Part shown: in pieces, positions 36,615 through 49,835 of the stretch | Position numbering within the stretch: the stretch's first letter is position 1 | How the letters are laid out: each line of letters starts with the position of its first letter | Made by a program: the position numbers and the translations under genes | Assembly: GCA_024137785.1 (NCBI GenBank) | Contig: JAHRHZ010000025.1 | Coordinates: 16,260,079 to 16,324,078, forward strand | DNA from: Ginglymostoma cirratum | Lineage: Eukaryota | DNA length: 64,000 bases | Direction of reading: 5' to 3' | Notes under the pieces: generated by a model | Database searches by the model: none | Told to the model about the DNA's origin: nothing | The model's input: the letters and a program-made list of their open reading frames with translations, nothing else

Positions 36615-37748
36615 AAACATAAGAAACAGGAGTAATAGATGGACATCCAGCTCCTCAAGCCTGTTCCATCATTTTATTAGATCATGGCTGATCTCCCAAG
36701 CCTCAATATCTCTGTCATACCAACACATAACACCTTCACACTTCAAAAAAATCTACCTCTTCTTTAAATACTTTGTGATCTAGTGTCCACAATTCTCAGG
36801 GTTAGATTACTCCAGACATTCACTACCCTTTGAAAGAAGAAATTCCTTTGCATCTCAGTTTTAAATAGCCCCTCATTTTTTAACTATGTCTTCTAGTCTG
36901 AGATTTCCTCATTAATGGAAACATCTTCTCAACATCTACCCAGTCAAACTTTCACAAAATCCTGTGTGTTTCGATAAGATCACCCCTCATTCATCTAAAC
37001 TCTGATGAATAAAAGGCCTAACCTATTTAGCTGCTTTGCTAAATCAGCCTTTTGAAACCCAGGAATCAGCCTAATAAATCTCTTTAGAGCTACCTGCAAT
37101 GCCTGTATGTTCTTTCTTAAATATAGTGACTAAAACTGAACTCAGGACTCTAAATGCTGCTTCACCAACAGCCTGTATAGTTATAACAAAAACTCTATCT
37201 TTAAACTCCAACCCCTCCAATTTGCAATAAAGGCCAAAAATCCATTTGCCTTCTTAATTAATGGCTGCACCTACATGCTAACTTTGTGTTTCATGAACAA
37301 GAATACCCAGATCCCTCTGCACTGCACATTGTTGGAGTCTCTCCATTTAAATAATAGAATGCCTTTTGATTCTTCCTAACAAAATGCATGATCTCACACT
37401 TTCCAACATTAAATTCTGTCTGTCAAGTTTTTGCCCGCTTATTCAACCTATCTATATCCCCTTGAAAATTGTTTATGTCCTCATCAGAATGTGCCCTTCC
37501 AGTTATTTTTCTATTGTCAGCAAATTTAGATACATTACTCTCTGTCTCCTTTGCCAAATCTTTGATATGGATAGTAAACATTTGAGGCCCTTGGACTGAT
37601 CTTTGTGGCACTTCACTAGTTACATTGTTCCAATCTGAAAATGACCCATTAATCCTGATTCACTATCTTCTGTGAGTAAACAACCCTCAATCCATTAATA
37701 TGTTAACCCTCAATACTGTGAGCTCCTATCTTGTGCAATAACCTGCTG
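36615..37748 (-). mobile_element. CR1 RT/3' fragment inserted in the opposite orientation
   Basis: ORF 37423-37611 (-) PQRSVQGPQMFTIHIKDL...VSKFADNRKI is the CR1 RT PQGSVLGP/FADD region. Confidence 0.88.
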
Positions 37749-39534
37749 AATATTTGGATAACATAACTTGATGAGCAGTTAATTATTTAGCAGATGGAGT
37801 ATTATTTGGAAAAGTATGAAATTTGTCAATTTTAGCAGGAATTATATAAAGCAGCATGCTGTTTAAATGGAGAAAGATTGAAGAGCTCTGCTATACAGGA
37901 AGATCTGAGACTCTTGTTACTTGAATCGTATAGTCAGTACACAGGCACAGCAAGCGAGTAGGAAGACAAATAGAATGTTGTCATTTATTTCATTGGGAAT
38001 GGAAGATAAAAGTAGGGATATTTTCCTGTAGTTTTATAAGGTATTGGTGAGAGTACTGTGTAAAGTTTTGGTCTCCTAAGATAAGAAAGGACATAATTGC
38101 AGGAGAAGTTCAGAAAAGGTTCGCTTGACTGATTCTTGGGATAAGGGAGTTATCCTAATGAGAGAAGGTTGGGTCAGTACCCATTTGGAGTTCAGAAAAA
38201 TGAGAAATTATCTGATTGGTACATGTTAGATCCTGTGGGAATGTGACAGAATAGATGCTGAAGGAATGTTTCCCGTTATGAGACAGGCCAGAAGTAGGGG
38301 ATGCTGTTTAAAATTAGGTGTCCCATTTAAGATGGCAATTAGGAGAAATACTTTATCTTGGGTTTCTTGAGTCAATGAAACACCCTTCCACAGAGACTGG
38401 TAGAGGAGAGGTCATTTAATACTTCTACAGCATAAGATTCTTGACTAACAAGTAAGTCAAAATTTATCGGGATAGGCAGGAAAGTGGAGTTGAGGCCATA
38501 ATCAGATCAGCCATGATTTTCAGATATGATGGAGTAGGCTCAAGGTGCAAAAAGACCTAATCTTGCTCCTAATTTGTATGTCCACATGTAACTATTATAA
38601 CTGACAACAACTTTTTGGAGTATTGTATTTTAGGCATTCATGCTTAGAATCTTATACCTAATCTTGTTTTTTGAAGTATGTGAAACTGTCAGGAAATCTT
38701 GATCTCTCAAAATGCAGTGAAAGCTTCTCAGGAATATGCATGTTATTGCCTAATAACAAATATGTGCTTGGCATTATAATAGAGAGAGCAAAAGGATCAA
38801 GAGAGGACAGAAGAAAAAAGAATAAGCTAGTATTTCAGGAGGATGCAGACTGTCATATACTGCATGCCCCAAGTAAACAATACATGGACAATACAGGTCC
38901 TTGTGTTATTCTAGGGGAGTCATATCTATTATGAGAGTTTGTTCAGTTTAAAAGAACATAATTTTTGATTTCAGTTAAAAATAGCAAATTGGGGAAATCC
39001 TTCTTGAACAATAATTGTGCCAGCTGAAACCCCAGACGAAATTATTCTCCCATGCTTACTCTTTGGGAGATAGGTAGTTGGGACAAGGAGCATTAATTAC
39101 TTGGATGTACAATCTGCATCCCTGCTTCACAATGTTGGCAAAGAATTCCTTGCAGGCCAGGATTTGTAATAGCCTTCTGACTGAACAGGCCCAAGAATCA
39201 ATAATCTCACCCTGTGAAAAGTTGGAGTGAGTGAGTGAGTACTAGCTGATATCTAATTATATTGTAATTGTCAAGTGAGAAACATGTAGTCTATACAGGC
39301 ATTACACTGTTAAAGTAAAGGAGGCAGACAATGCCTTAGAAGATGTATTCAAGTTATCATTAGTACTGGGTTCCTGCTAAATTCACTGACTCAGAGAATG
39401 AGGCAACAAATCCTTCTTTCATTGTATCTGACCATTGAGGCACCCTACTGAGAAAGGCTCACTTTACTTTATTTTAAACCCTATTTAAAATAGACATGAA
39501 CACATGATCTTGGCTAATACTCCCAACTCCGTTC

Positions 39535-39775
39535 TTAGGAAGCACTATACTTTTGAAGGTGTCATCTTTCAGATCAGACAAAAAAATACACCCCCAGCTC
39601 AGGTGGGAGCTAACAATCTAATAACAATTATAGTGGGGTCCTCTCCAGTCTCATGGTCTAATATTTAACCCTCCAGCAAAATTGTTAAAATATCACCGTT
39701 TCTGATCATTGTCACGTTGCTGTTTGCAGGATCTAGTGACGTGCAAATTGACAATCATGCTTCCTAAATTTGACT
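39535..39775 (+). mobile_element. Deu-domain SINE fragment
   Basis: GAAGGTGTCATCTTTCAGATCAGAC...CTCAGGTGG...ATCATTGTCACGTTGCTGTTTGCAGGATCT...GTGCAAATTG. Confidence 0.6.
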
Positions 39776-42719
39776 ATCGTTAGGGGTTAATTGAGGAGCC
39801 CTGGCTGCTCATAGGGCATCTTGCTTTTCCAATAATACTAATCAGAAACTTTTGGCATGAAGTGCCCCTGATCATCTTGTAATTAAAATTGACAACATTG
39901 GCAAAGAGGGAATGCTGCACTTCAATTAATACTCTTTTAAAGAGCACACATTATGTCTACACCTTCAGGCTAAATTGAGTTGTCACTAATTTCAGCTCTG
40001 ATAGGAGGGTTAACAAAATAAAATCAGAGGACATGGACTTTTTTTTTAATGAAACTGTTGTTACACAGTTCTGGAGCAGGTGGGCCTTGAACCTGCTGTT
40101 CCAGGTTCAGAAGTAAGGATGTTACTACTGTACTATAAGTACCTTTTAGAACATGGATTAAAAGTGACCAGCAAAAGAACCACAGGTGAGTGGCAGCATA
40201 GTCTACATTAAATTTCAAAAAGAAGTTTGGAAATTTCAAAGGGAAGAGTTTACAGGGCTTGGGGAACAAGTAGGAAAGTGAGACTAATTGGATAGTTCTT
40301 TGAAGAGCTAGTACCCAGAAGGGTAGGCTGAATGGTATTCCATAATCCTCTGATCTGTGAGGAACAGCAGGATGTCTAAGTGCAAATCATTTAAGACATG
40401 GAATACCTGCTTGAACTAGAAATTGCAACAACCGATCCAAATTTGTCAATAGTATTGCTGATAGTTAAAAATGTGAGAGGCAATAACCTAATCATGTGAG
40501 TGTTGAAACTGAAGTCTCACCATTTGGGTAGTACAAGGGTAACCTGACAATTAGTTCCAAAAAATTCAATATTTGATGGCTTTCTGCTGCATTTCTCATT
40601 TGTGCCTAAAAGTCATGGGTTCTTAGGAAGTGGCATTGGAATGTTTTTGCAACTTCATTTCAAGTTATTGATTGTTAGAATTTCAGGTTTATTCCAGGAT
40701 ACCTAACCCAGGTTCATAAGTATCAGTCACTACTGTTTTTTTTCCCAGTATGGAGAAGCCCAGATTTTTCAGTCAAAATAGCAGTAAGGCTAATTGCACT
40801 CATGATTATTTATATATAAATGATACAGTAACTTCAGACACAGGACTGATTCATGGTTAAGCTCAAATGTCTGAAGTTGCTGCCCATGTTCTACTATTTC
40901 ACCATTAGCTCTGCCTTTTTCTAAAAAAAAATGTTGTCTTACCTGTGAAATGCATTGGATGGTGTGCTATTGCTGTATTTGAGTGGCATATTGGAATTAA
41001 ATGTACAGCAAAAAGTTGAGTTTTGTTGATTCTATTTCATGTACTCTTAACACAAGTGATGATTATAGCCACTGACAGAGAAAGCTAATTATTAAAAGTA
41101 TGGTGCTCATTGTCATGTTTTAATTCTTAAATATTCTGTATCAAGTTTCAAACGAATATTTCACTGTCTGTCTTTCCAATTCTTTACTGCCTCACTTTCC
41201 TTTTCTCTTATCCCTCTTTACTTTTCTCTTTCTATGATTAAATTAGATTGAATTTAGCCAATGGTAATCTAAGTTTCTTTCTAATACATTGCACTGTTAG
41301 TTTCAGAATCTATCAATGTGTTTGGCTACAAAGATATTCTGGTGTTAGTTGTGTTCACTCACTTTCTGGGTGGGCTGATTCCATTGCTACATTCCTAGCT
41401 TAATTTTAAAACCCTAGACATATAGCATTTTGTCTAATAATGGGCAGACGTTGTTTATGCCAAATTCCAACAGAATTTACCCTATTGTTTCTCTTTGCTT
41501 ACCAACTAACTCATTTTTTTGCCCTTGGTCATGCATGCGTGCTCTCTCTCGCATGGAGTATCTTAATTGGGGTGGATGTTACACTGGAGTCACTACATGG
41601 CTCTGACAAGCCAGGAAACTCTCCTAATCTTCCTATCTGCCATAGATGTGCTGAAGGACTTACAGACGTGACCAACAAGGTTGATTGTCAATCAAGCATA
41701 CATTCCATGGTCATCAAGTCCTGAAGTGGGATTTGAACCCACGGGTAAGGATGCTTCCATTGTGCCACATGACCTTCCAAAGGATCTTGTCAGGCTCATG
41801 TTTGGATCTAACTCTTTGCCTTTTTTGGAAATATTGATTGCCCTGTTGTCATTCAAGCACTCACTATTCTTTCTATTTCTATTCTTGTCTCTGTAAGTGA
41901 CCGTCTATTGATGTCTCCCATCCCAGTTTCTCTCTCTAGTCTCTTTTATCTTTCAAATTAGTTTTCTGGGTCTCACTCTGAATCTTTCCCTGTTCGGCGC
42001 TGCCTCCTTTTGTTTGCTTTCTGTTGCTACTTTTTTTCTCTGCTTTTTGAAGCACCTGGCCTACTCTGCATTGTCACAACATGCAAAAAATACAAAGACC
42101 AATGGTTGTAGTCATGGATTAGTGTGCTTGTGTTGTGGCATGTTACAGCTGTAATTGTACTGCTGTATTTCACGTTCAATCTTTAGTAATTTGTACAGGA
42201 TAGCATCAGTCACACTTCAGAAAGAATAAAAGAGCTGGGAAACAGGCTGCTGTGTCTTAATACCAACACTGTCTCTCGTGGATAGATGTCCCTGTTTTGT
42301 TTATCCCCCACACTGCCTGCCATAGACATATTGGATGTAATAACCGTTCAGTAGCTAAGTTAACCCAAAGTTGTTTTTGATATCTGTATGCTGTAATCAC
42401 TGAAAAAAAACTCCAGTTGTTAAATACTTTGACACACTTCTAACCTCCTCATCTAAGGCAAAACAAAACCAGAGATGAGCCCTTATTTGATATGGAGACA
42501 GATTTCTTGTCCACTTGGAGCCTTTGTGGGTAGGAACAGGGCTTGATCAACTGAAGTGTGGGATCCAATTAGACATCTCTTGGCAGCAATGACCTGAGGC
42601 TGTTGGTTGTCCTGAAGAAAGGTTCTGCAGTTTGTGCCAAATCCTCCCACTGCAGCAGAGAAGGGAGATGTCATAGGGGCTGGATTCCTGTCACTTGTGT
42701 ACACCAGTCCTTCACTTGA

Positions 42720-42800
42720 ATTGATGCTGACCTGGATTGAATCTTGAAGGATGTGAGAGACAGGAGAGACCTTCTCTTCCTGGAAGGTAGCAGGGAAAAC
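42720..42800 (+). pseudogene. Myb/SANT-like DNA-binding ORF N-terminal remnant
   Basis: IDADLD*ILKDVRDRRDLLFLEGSR resembles the F-S-D-x-x-L-x-x-L-L-x-x-V-x-x-R-R-x-x-L-F start of Harbinger Myb/SANT proteins. The match is short. Confidence 0.5.
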
Positions 42801-42899
42801 TCCATCTCTATGTGCACAGGGGCACCTCTGTTCAGAGTCATCTCCTTCAGCCTCCTGTTTTTCCTCCCCTTTTACATCCAGCCAAGCCTATGTCCTCTT

Positions 42900-43621
42900 C
42901 CAGTGCCTCTTTCACTGTTGTCAAGGCTCTGGAAGCTCAAGTTACAGGGAGTCCAACAGGCCACTACAATGACCAAGACCCTTGAAGGAGGACATTAGAA
43001 GATACCACCCAACTATTCTAGAATTGGAATTGAATCTTTAGAAGCCCAATGGTTGGCCTAATGACCAGATGGCATTGATCGTTTGATCTGTTTGTATTGC
43101 CCTTGTAGAGGGATCAATGGCCACCCCTTTAAGAGATTTCCCTTTTTCCCTAGGATCCATCCACATACGTTATATATTGGACTGAAGATCTGTGGTAGCC
43201 TGAACTGATGGAGAATGAAGGACACATGGCAGATGTCAGAAAGCAAGGAGGAAACTCTTGTTGCTAACGCACCAGACAACGAAGAGGTGAAATTCTTTCT
43301 GTTGGTGGGTCTTAATTGCTGGTCAATGGAAGTCTTGATGGTCACACACATAGTTTTTGCTCAGCATTTGGGGAAATCAGTGATGGAGAATTTACCCACT
43401 TCTGTCTATTATGCCTGAGGATGTCAATTGTTATGAATGGATTGATGCCTTCTGTGCCAGGTGTATACAATGTTCCATGAGAGGCAGCGATATAGAACAG
43501 GCTTTGAAATGTCACTTAGGACTGTTATTGATCTTTGGAAGGAGCCAGAAGTGAAGAAGTTCAAAGTCACTGATTTGTTGAGGACCATTGGCAGGGTTTG
43601 ACAAGTGCAGCAATGTGCCAT
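42900..43621 (-). pseudogene. HARBI1-like DDE transposase remnant
   Basis: Collinear motifs on the minus strand: LPMVLNKSVTLNFFTSGSFQ..SDISKPVLYRCL; VTIKT..NRKNF; CHVSFILHQFRLPQIF..GWILGKKGNLLKGWPLIPL; TIGLLKIQF; GGIF*CPPSRVLVIVVACWTPCN. Disrupted by frameshifts and stops. Confidence 0.85.
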
Positions 43622-43959
43622 TCAGCACCTCCAAGCTCAATGAGCTTTTTATATTCTTTCAATTGTCCTAATGGAAGGAGAGCAAGATTCCTGTCCTACC
43701 CTCATCCTTTAGTTATTCATTGTTGCCAGAGATAGGATTGATGGCCTGCAGTCTACACAGCTGCCCAACCCTGGTATTTAAAGGTCCTTCCACCCCCTCC
43801 TCCCAATCACATATATATTGTCTTCAGAGGTTGGGGAAAAGTGACCCTTAGTTAAGGCAAACAAGAACAAACTTGCAGATCGTCCAATTCATCATTGTTC
43901 CTGATCCATGCCTTTTGACTAATACATCCACATTTCATCTCCTAACTCAAGTTGCTTTT

Positions 43960-44615
43960 AACCATAGAATCATTCAGTACAGAAGGGACCCTTTGGCCAA
44001 TCAAGTCTGTACCACCAAAATAATAGACTGTTACCTATACTCCTCCCATTTGCCTGCATTGGATCCGTAGCCTTGAATGTTATGACACATCAAGTAATTT
44101 TTGAAAGGTTGTGAGGTTTCATACCTCAACTACCCTCAAGATAGTGCATTCCAGACACCCACTGTTCTCTAGGCAATAAAGTTATTCTGAAAATTCCCTC
44201 TAAACTTCCTGCCTTTCACTTTAGAAATATGCCATCTTTCCCTTAACCCTTCAACTAAGGGGAACTGCTGCTTTTTATGCATCCACCTGGGCCTTACTCA
44301 TATCTTTGTACACCTGTGCTTATCCAGGCAATATTCTACTGAAGCTTCTCTGCACCCCTTCCAGTGCAATCACATGCTTCTTATGTGGCCAGACTGCTCA
44401 CAGTACTCCAGAAGTGGCCTAGCCAAAGTTCTGTACAGCTCCAAAGCAAGAGTGGGGGAGGTTTATAATTTATGCCTTGACTGATTAAAAGCAAGTGTCC
44501 TATATGTTGTCTTAACTAACCATTAACCTGCCCTGCCACTTTCAGGGATCTGTGGACAAGCACCCCAAGATCCCTCTCTTCCATTGAGCTTCCTAATGTT
44601 CTGCCACTGACCTTG
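43960..44615 (-). mobile_element. CR1 3' fragment
   Basis: CATAGAATCATTCAGTACAGAAGG tail, then TCTCTGCACCCCTTCCAGTGCAATCACAT...CAGTACTCCAG...CACCCCAAGATCCCTCT. Confidence 0.82.
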
Positions 44616-45479
44616 TGAGAGAATTGCAAATGTCATTAGTGAATTTCATGTTTTTTTTTTTTCAACAGTAATTCAGTTGTGCAAACCTCATGGTCATGTA
44701 TCAAAGGCAAGTGTGTTCTCGCAGATATTAGTGCTATATAACTGCCACTCAGTTTTTAAATACGCTGACTTTTTTCCAACTGGTCTCAAACTTTGGAGCC
44801 TAAATCAAGCCTTGAGACCATGGCCTTGCCCAACTTGCCTACACTGTCAGATTGCCAAATGAAATTGCTGCACCACAAACCCATTATGATATCAGAGGCA
44901 TTTTATGTAAGATAAGGGTGTTGAGTCTGCTCGCATGGGTTTTGCACCACAGAGCCTTGAAGGGTGAGTTGCTCCGACTGTTACACTAGGCTTCTTCATC
45001 TCTGAGGTGCTGGAGTGAAAGTGGCAGGGGCAAGGGAAGGCGTTGGATGGGGAGAGTGGGTGGAGGTAGTGAGGACAGATTCCAGATAATGTTACCATTC
45101 ATGAGCAGTTATCTACTCAAGGCAGTAGTGACCTTGTACAGTTCACAGGCTAGAACTAAAAAAAACTTCTGCAATGCTGCCTGGGTTTGTGGGTTTTTTT
45201 TTTTTTTTTTTTGAAAATTCAGTGTTGCTGAAGTCTTGGTATGATCCAGGGGACATTTCATCCAGCAGTTGAGATGTGATAGCTTGGATTTTTGATCTGG
45301 CCTGAAGCAAATTAACTTTTTTTTCATGGCAGCCTGAAGATAAGGCTTGGCTTGGCTTTTTTTCTTTTTGAATCCCTTAAGACTCAGCCAAGATTTTAAG
45401 TCAGGTTTTTTAAAACCTGCTTCAATTCTGTTTTGCATAAAACAGATACTTTCTGAAGTGTTCTTGAAACTGAACCTTT

Positions 45480-45995
45480 AGCATAGAACAATCTCCAAAC
45501 AGTATTTGACATCAAGCCACTTGGGTTACCAAAAGCTCAGCCAAATGAATGCATTTATAGGGGAAAGTGATTTAGGAAGGGAATTTCAGTATAGCCAGTG
45601 GTGAGGAGATGCAAACTGGGAATGTGTGAGAGGCCAGAACTAATTGAATGAAGAGATCTTGTGTGGGGCTGATAATTTTGCAGTGATTAGGGAGTGATGA
45701 ATCATGGCATTGCTGGAACAGGAGCCAATTTATATCAGCCAGTACACGGATAAGACTTTTTGCGAATTGGGAATCCTCCCTTTTGGGTGAGGCCCAGTTC
45801 ACAGATGGTGTAGGTGGAGGACTGGCCAGGTGAGTTAAGGAATAATCAAGTCTGGATCTAACTAAGTCACAATTGAAAATTTGGAAAGCAGACTAACTGA
45901 AGCAGAGCTGGTTTGATAGATGAATTTATGGAGGTGGAAGTCAGCAGTCTTAGTGATGTAAAGGATTTCTAATTAGAAACTGAGATCAGGGTCAC
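45480..45995 (-). mobile_element. L2-like LINE fragment
   Basis: TTTAGGAAGGGAATTTCAG...GGAACAGGAGCCAAT...GGAGGTGGAAGTCAGCAGTCTTAGTGATG, related to 7050-7340 and 25500-25790. Confidence 0.55.
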
Positions 45996-48152
45996 ATGCC
46001 CTTAGCAAACAAATATCTAACCATCTTTTGTGGACCATTTTTAAATGTGATTCCATGACATGGCAGCACTTAGTGAACATCCTTTGTGTGCTATTTTCTA
46101 CTGTAAGAAATTATTTTAAGTAATCAGTAATGGTCTTAACATGACCTATTTAAGCTTTGGTTTTATATATTCTTAGAGTAAATCATTCTCTGAAAACAAA
46201 AGAATACGTTCAAGCTTTTGAATTGGGTCAGAGCATGAAGTCTATTCTTCTGATACTTTTTACATGGCAACACTGCCAATCATAGAATACTTGTCAAGTA
46301 ATCTTAAGAATTTAAACTACAGGAAAAAGGGGTTTATGGTTGTAGGACATATTAGGACCAATGCAAGAATGCTAAAGATTACAAGATGAAAATTTTTTTG
46401 TTCACATGTCTCTTTTCAGTAGTAAGTGAAATTCAAAAAAAGAGGAGGGCTTAAGTCATCAATTTGAAAATTGTGATGTTTAGTATTGAATAAATTAGGA
46501 TCTCAACATGAAATTTGTCATTTTATTGAAGGTTTTAGCCTTTCTTAAAAAGATACAGTGTAAGCAGCTCTTTTTCTTTAAAAGAAAATAATGGAAAAGT
46601 TCTGATTTGATGCCATTTAAGTAATGTGTTTGGATCTAGACCCCACATCTCAGTTGGTGGGGGGAAACATTGGAGGGGATGTAGCAGAAAGACTACAATG
46701 ATATCAGGATTCAAAGGGTTAAATTCAGGACAAGTTGAATAGATTTGAAATGATCCAACAGAAGTATTTAAATAACTTAATGGGGTTTGGCTTTTTTGAC
46801 TTATTTGTGGGATGTGAACGTCACTGGTTGGCCAGCATTTCTTGCCCATCCCTAAATAACGGAAAGCTAATTCCTCTGCTAGGGGAGAACATTGATTCTA
46901 ATTAAATCAGTCTCCTCACTATTGACTTAAACCCAGTTGTTTCACTTCATCATTAGGATCTAACTTTCAAATTAGAGCTAGGCCATTCATGGCTGTTGTC
47001 AGGAAGAGGTTTTATCAAATGGTATTGGCAATATGGAACTTAACTTCTTCCTTTGAAAAAATTTTAGTACAGGAATCAATTTGAGAATGACCTAAAATTG
47101 AATTTTTTAGGCAAGGAGATTGATGGTTGTGGCACCATAGCACATTTAAAGGGACTAACATGTCATTCGGCTATGATCTAAATGAATGGTAGTAAAAGTT
47201 CAAGGAGTTCAGTGGCCCAATGCTGTTCTTATGTTCTTAAAAAAGGAATATGGCTTTTTGTGGATGTTAGATGACCAGGTTTCAAAATGCTTTGAGTGAA
47301 TAGTGGTGTTTAATGTACATTCTGCAGACATACAAGTTGAGTTTCAATTGCAAATCAAGCACACCAAATTGCCTTGCTTAATTGGTTATTTTTTGTGTAT
47401 GAAACTAGTCAGTATGCAGGCTCTCCTAACAGAGGACATTGACATGCAGCCTGATTAACAGCTCCTCCAAAACCCCAGAATGAATGATTGACTTTTTTAT
47501 TGTCATGTGTATTTCACATGAGAAAAACAGTAAAATGCAGTAGAAAGCTTTTCTACTGCCACCATGATCTAGTGCCATTTTCAGTAAATTTAAGAATAAA
47601 AGAAATAGCTTAGAGAGGGATGACAAGTGTTGCAGCTGCACAAGATCAACAGTCCCTTCAGATTGCCTTCAAAGGCATATTCTACCCCTAACTAATACAA
47701 ATATCTCTGTCCATTCATGATTACCTAGTCCAATTCCTGGAGATCCATGCATAACAGCACCATAAGTGTGTGCCTTCACCATATAGATTGCAACTTTACA
47801 AGATTAAAGGCTCACAAGCAAAATGTTAGGGCAACATTAAGTTGGATCATGCCAGGTTTCACTGTAATACCCACATTTCCAAAAGACTACATGTATCTGC
47901 CAAACATCTATCCTTTGAGGAAGAGGTGAGTGGGTAGTGAGCAGGGGTAGAACATTGGGACAACCTTATGCTTTGCTCATAAGTTGAAGCCAGTTGCTAT
48001 ACCTCATCAGGACCCCTGGTCAATACTGGTTACCCGAACACCAGTTCAGACAATCCCAATTCAGAGAGCTCAGTACAATACTAGATAACAAATGAGTGAC
48101 TGCATTAACTCATGAAGTATTATTTAAAGAATCGGGCCAAATTATTTCACTT

Positions 48153-48451
48153 CTTAGAAACCCTACAGTGTGGAAGCAGGCATTTGGCCCAACAAGTCCA
48201 CACCAACCTGCCAAAGAGCATCCTACCTGGATCCACACCCCCTTCCCTATCCCTGTAACCCTGCATTTCCACCAAGCCTGGACACTATGCAGCATGGCCA
48301 ATCCACCTAACTGCATGTCTTTAGGCTGTGGGAGGAAATCGGAGCACCCGAAGGAAACCCATGCAGATATGGGGACGATGTGCAAACTCCACAGTCACCT
48401 GAGGGTTGAATCAAACCCAGGTCCCTGGTGCTGAGGCAGCAATGATAACCA
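48153..48451 (-). mobile_element. HE1-type V-SINE
   Basis: CCCTACAGTGTGGAAGCAGGC...CATGGCCAATCCACCTAAC...CCCAGGTCCCTGGTGCTGAGGCAGC. Confidence 0.9.
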
Positions 48452-49224
48452 AAATTATAACCCATTCATTGTTAGCAATGCAGGCAAAATTTAGGGCTGC
48501 CATGTTTGATGGGAAAACAGCTTGGTGACTTTTTCCTAATGCACAGATTGAGAAGTTGCACCCCATACTTGATGAGCTTTTCAAGTGAAAGTTTATTAAA
48601 ATATGGAATGCTATGCCACAAGGTTATTGAAGCCTTGCTGTATTTGCTTGCAGGATCTTGATTGAGGAATTTGGTGTCAGGAAAGGGGCAGGTTTCTGAG
48701 AACCAAGCCCCTGACCTTGCTACTCACCCCTCTCCCCACAAGCCCACTATGTGACTGGTCCTGTTAACATCCATCTGTGCTCAGATCCCTCTTTTGTTCT
48801 GAGTCTGTGGATGGGAGTCAACTCCTTTCCACTGATGCCAAGAATTGATGTATTCCTGCAATATCTAGGAAAGGCCTATCAATAGCCTGTTAAGTTCCTG
48901 AATGGTACAGGATGCATTGCAGAGGTCTTACTGACTCTAGTTAGTGGCAGAGACCACCGATGCTTCCATCAGATTCCACCCTATGCATTTCAATATGATC
49001 ATGCCATATTGAGTAATCACCTGGAGCCCTACTGTCTAATTCTGATCTCTGCCCTGTCTCAGTATCTTGAGAGACGATGGTAATGCAACCTCCTGAAATG
49101 AGAGAAATGTAAAATTAGGAAGGGATGTGTAGTTAATCCCATATAATTATGGTGATATCATAAACAATTTGCAGTGATGAGTGCTCCTGAGGTGCACCGT
49201 TCAAGAAGCACCTGGACGAATAAA

Positions 49225-49835
49225 ACAAAGAAAATTACAGCACAGGAACAGGCCCTTCGGCCCTCCAAGCCTGTGTCAATCCAGATCCTCTATCTAAACC
49301 TATCACCTATTTTCCAAGGATCTGTATTCCTCTGCTCCCTGCCCATTCATGTATCTGTCTAGATACATCTAAACTGATGCTATCATGCCTGCCTCTACCA
49401 CCTCTGCTGGCAACACGTTCCAGGCACCCACCACCTTCTGGGTAAAGAACTTTCTATGCATATCTCCCTTGAACTTTCCCCTCACCTTGAAATCGTGACC
49501 CCTAGTAATTGAGTCCCCCACTCTTGGTGGGGTAGGGGGGGGACTTCTTGCTATCCACCCTGTCTATACCCCTCATGATTTTGTGGACCTCAATCAGGTC
49601 CCCCCAATCAACCTCTGTCTTTCTGATGTAAATAATCCTAATCTACTCAACCCCTCTTCATAGCTAGCACCCTCCATACCAGGTAACATCCTGGTGAACC
49701 TCCCCTATCCAAAGCATCCACATCCTTTTTGGTAAAATGGCGACCAGAACTGTATGCAGTATTCCAAATGTGGTTGAACCAAAGTCCAATACAACTGTAA
49801 CATGACCTGCCAACTCTTGTACTCAATACCCTGTG
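49225..49835 (-). mobile_element. CR1/HER1-like LINE 3' fragment
   Basis: ACAGCACAGGAACAGGCCCTTCGG tail, CCCCTCATGATTTTGTGGACCTCAATCAGGTC, and CCAGAACTGTATGCAGTATTCCAAATGTGG. Confidence 0.88.

Larger units (their letters stand above)
35200..38585 (+). mobile_element. Long decayed CR1 LINE (ORF1 zinc-finger remnant to 3' tail) with nested insertions
   Basis: 35595-35712 reads CFICNMW...HSNHICK, the CR1 ORF1 Cys/His N-terminus. ORF2 pieces follow (AACTACGCACCAGTTAATCTGACAT = NYxPVxLT; CAACATGACTTTGTGAAAGG = QHxFVKG). The 3' tail is near 38500-38580. Confidence 0.75.
42520..43800. mobile_element. PIF/Harbinger DNA transposon relic (nuclease on -, Myb/SANT-like start on +)
   Basis: See the two pseudogene features. 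Imperfect inverted motifs lie at 42575-42592 and 43717-43733. Confidence 0.75.
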
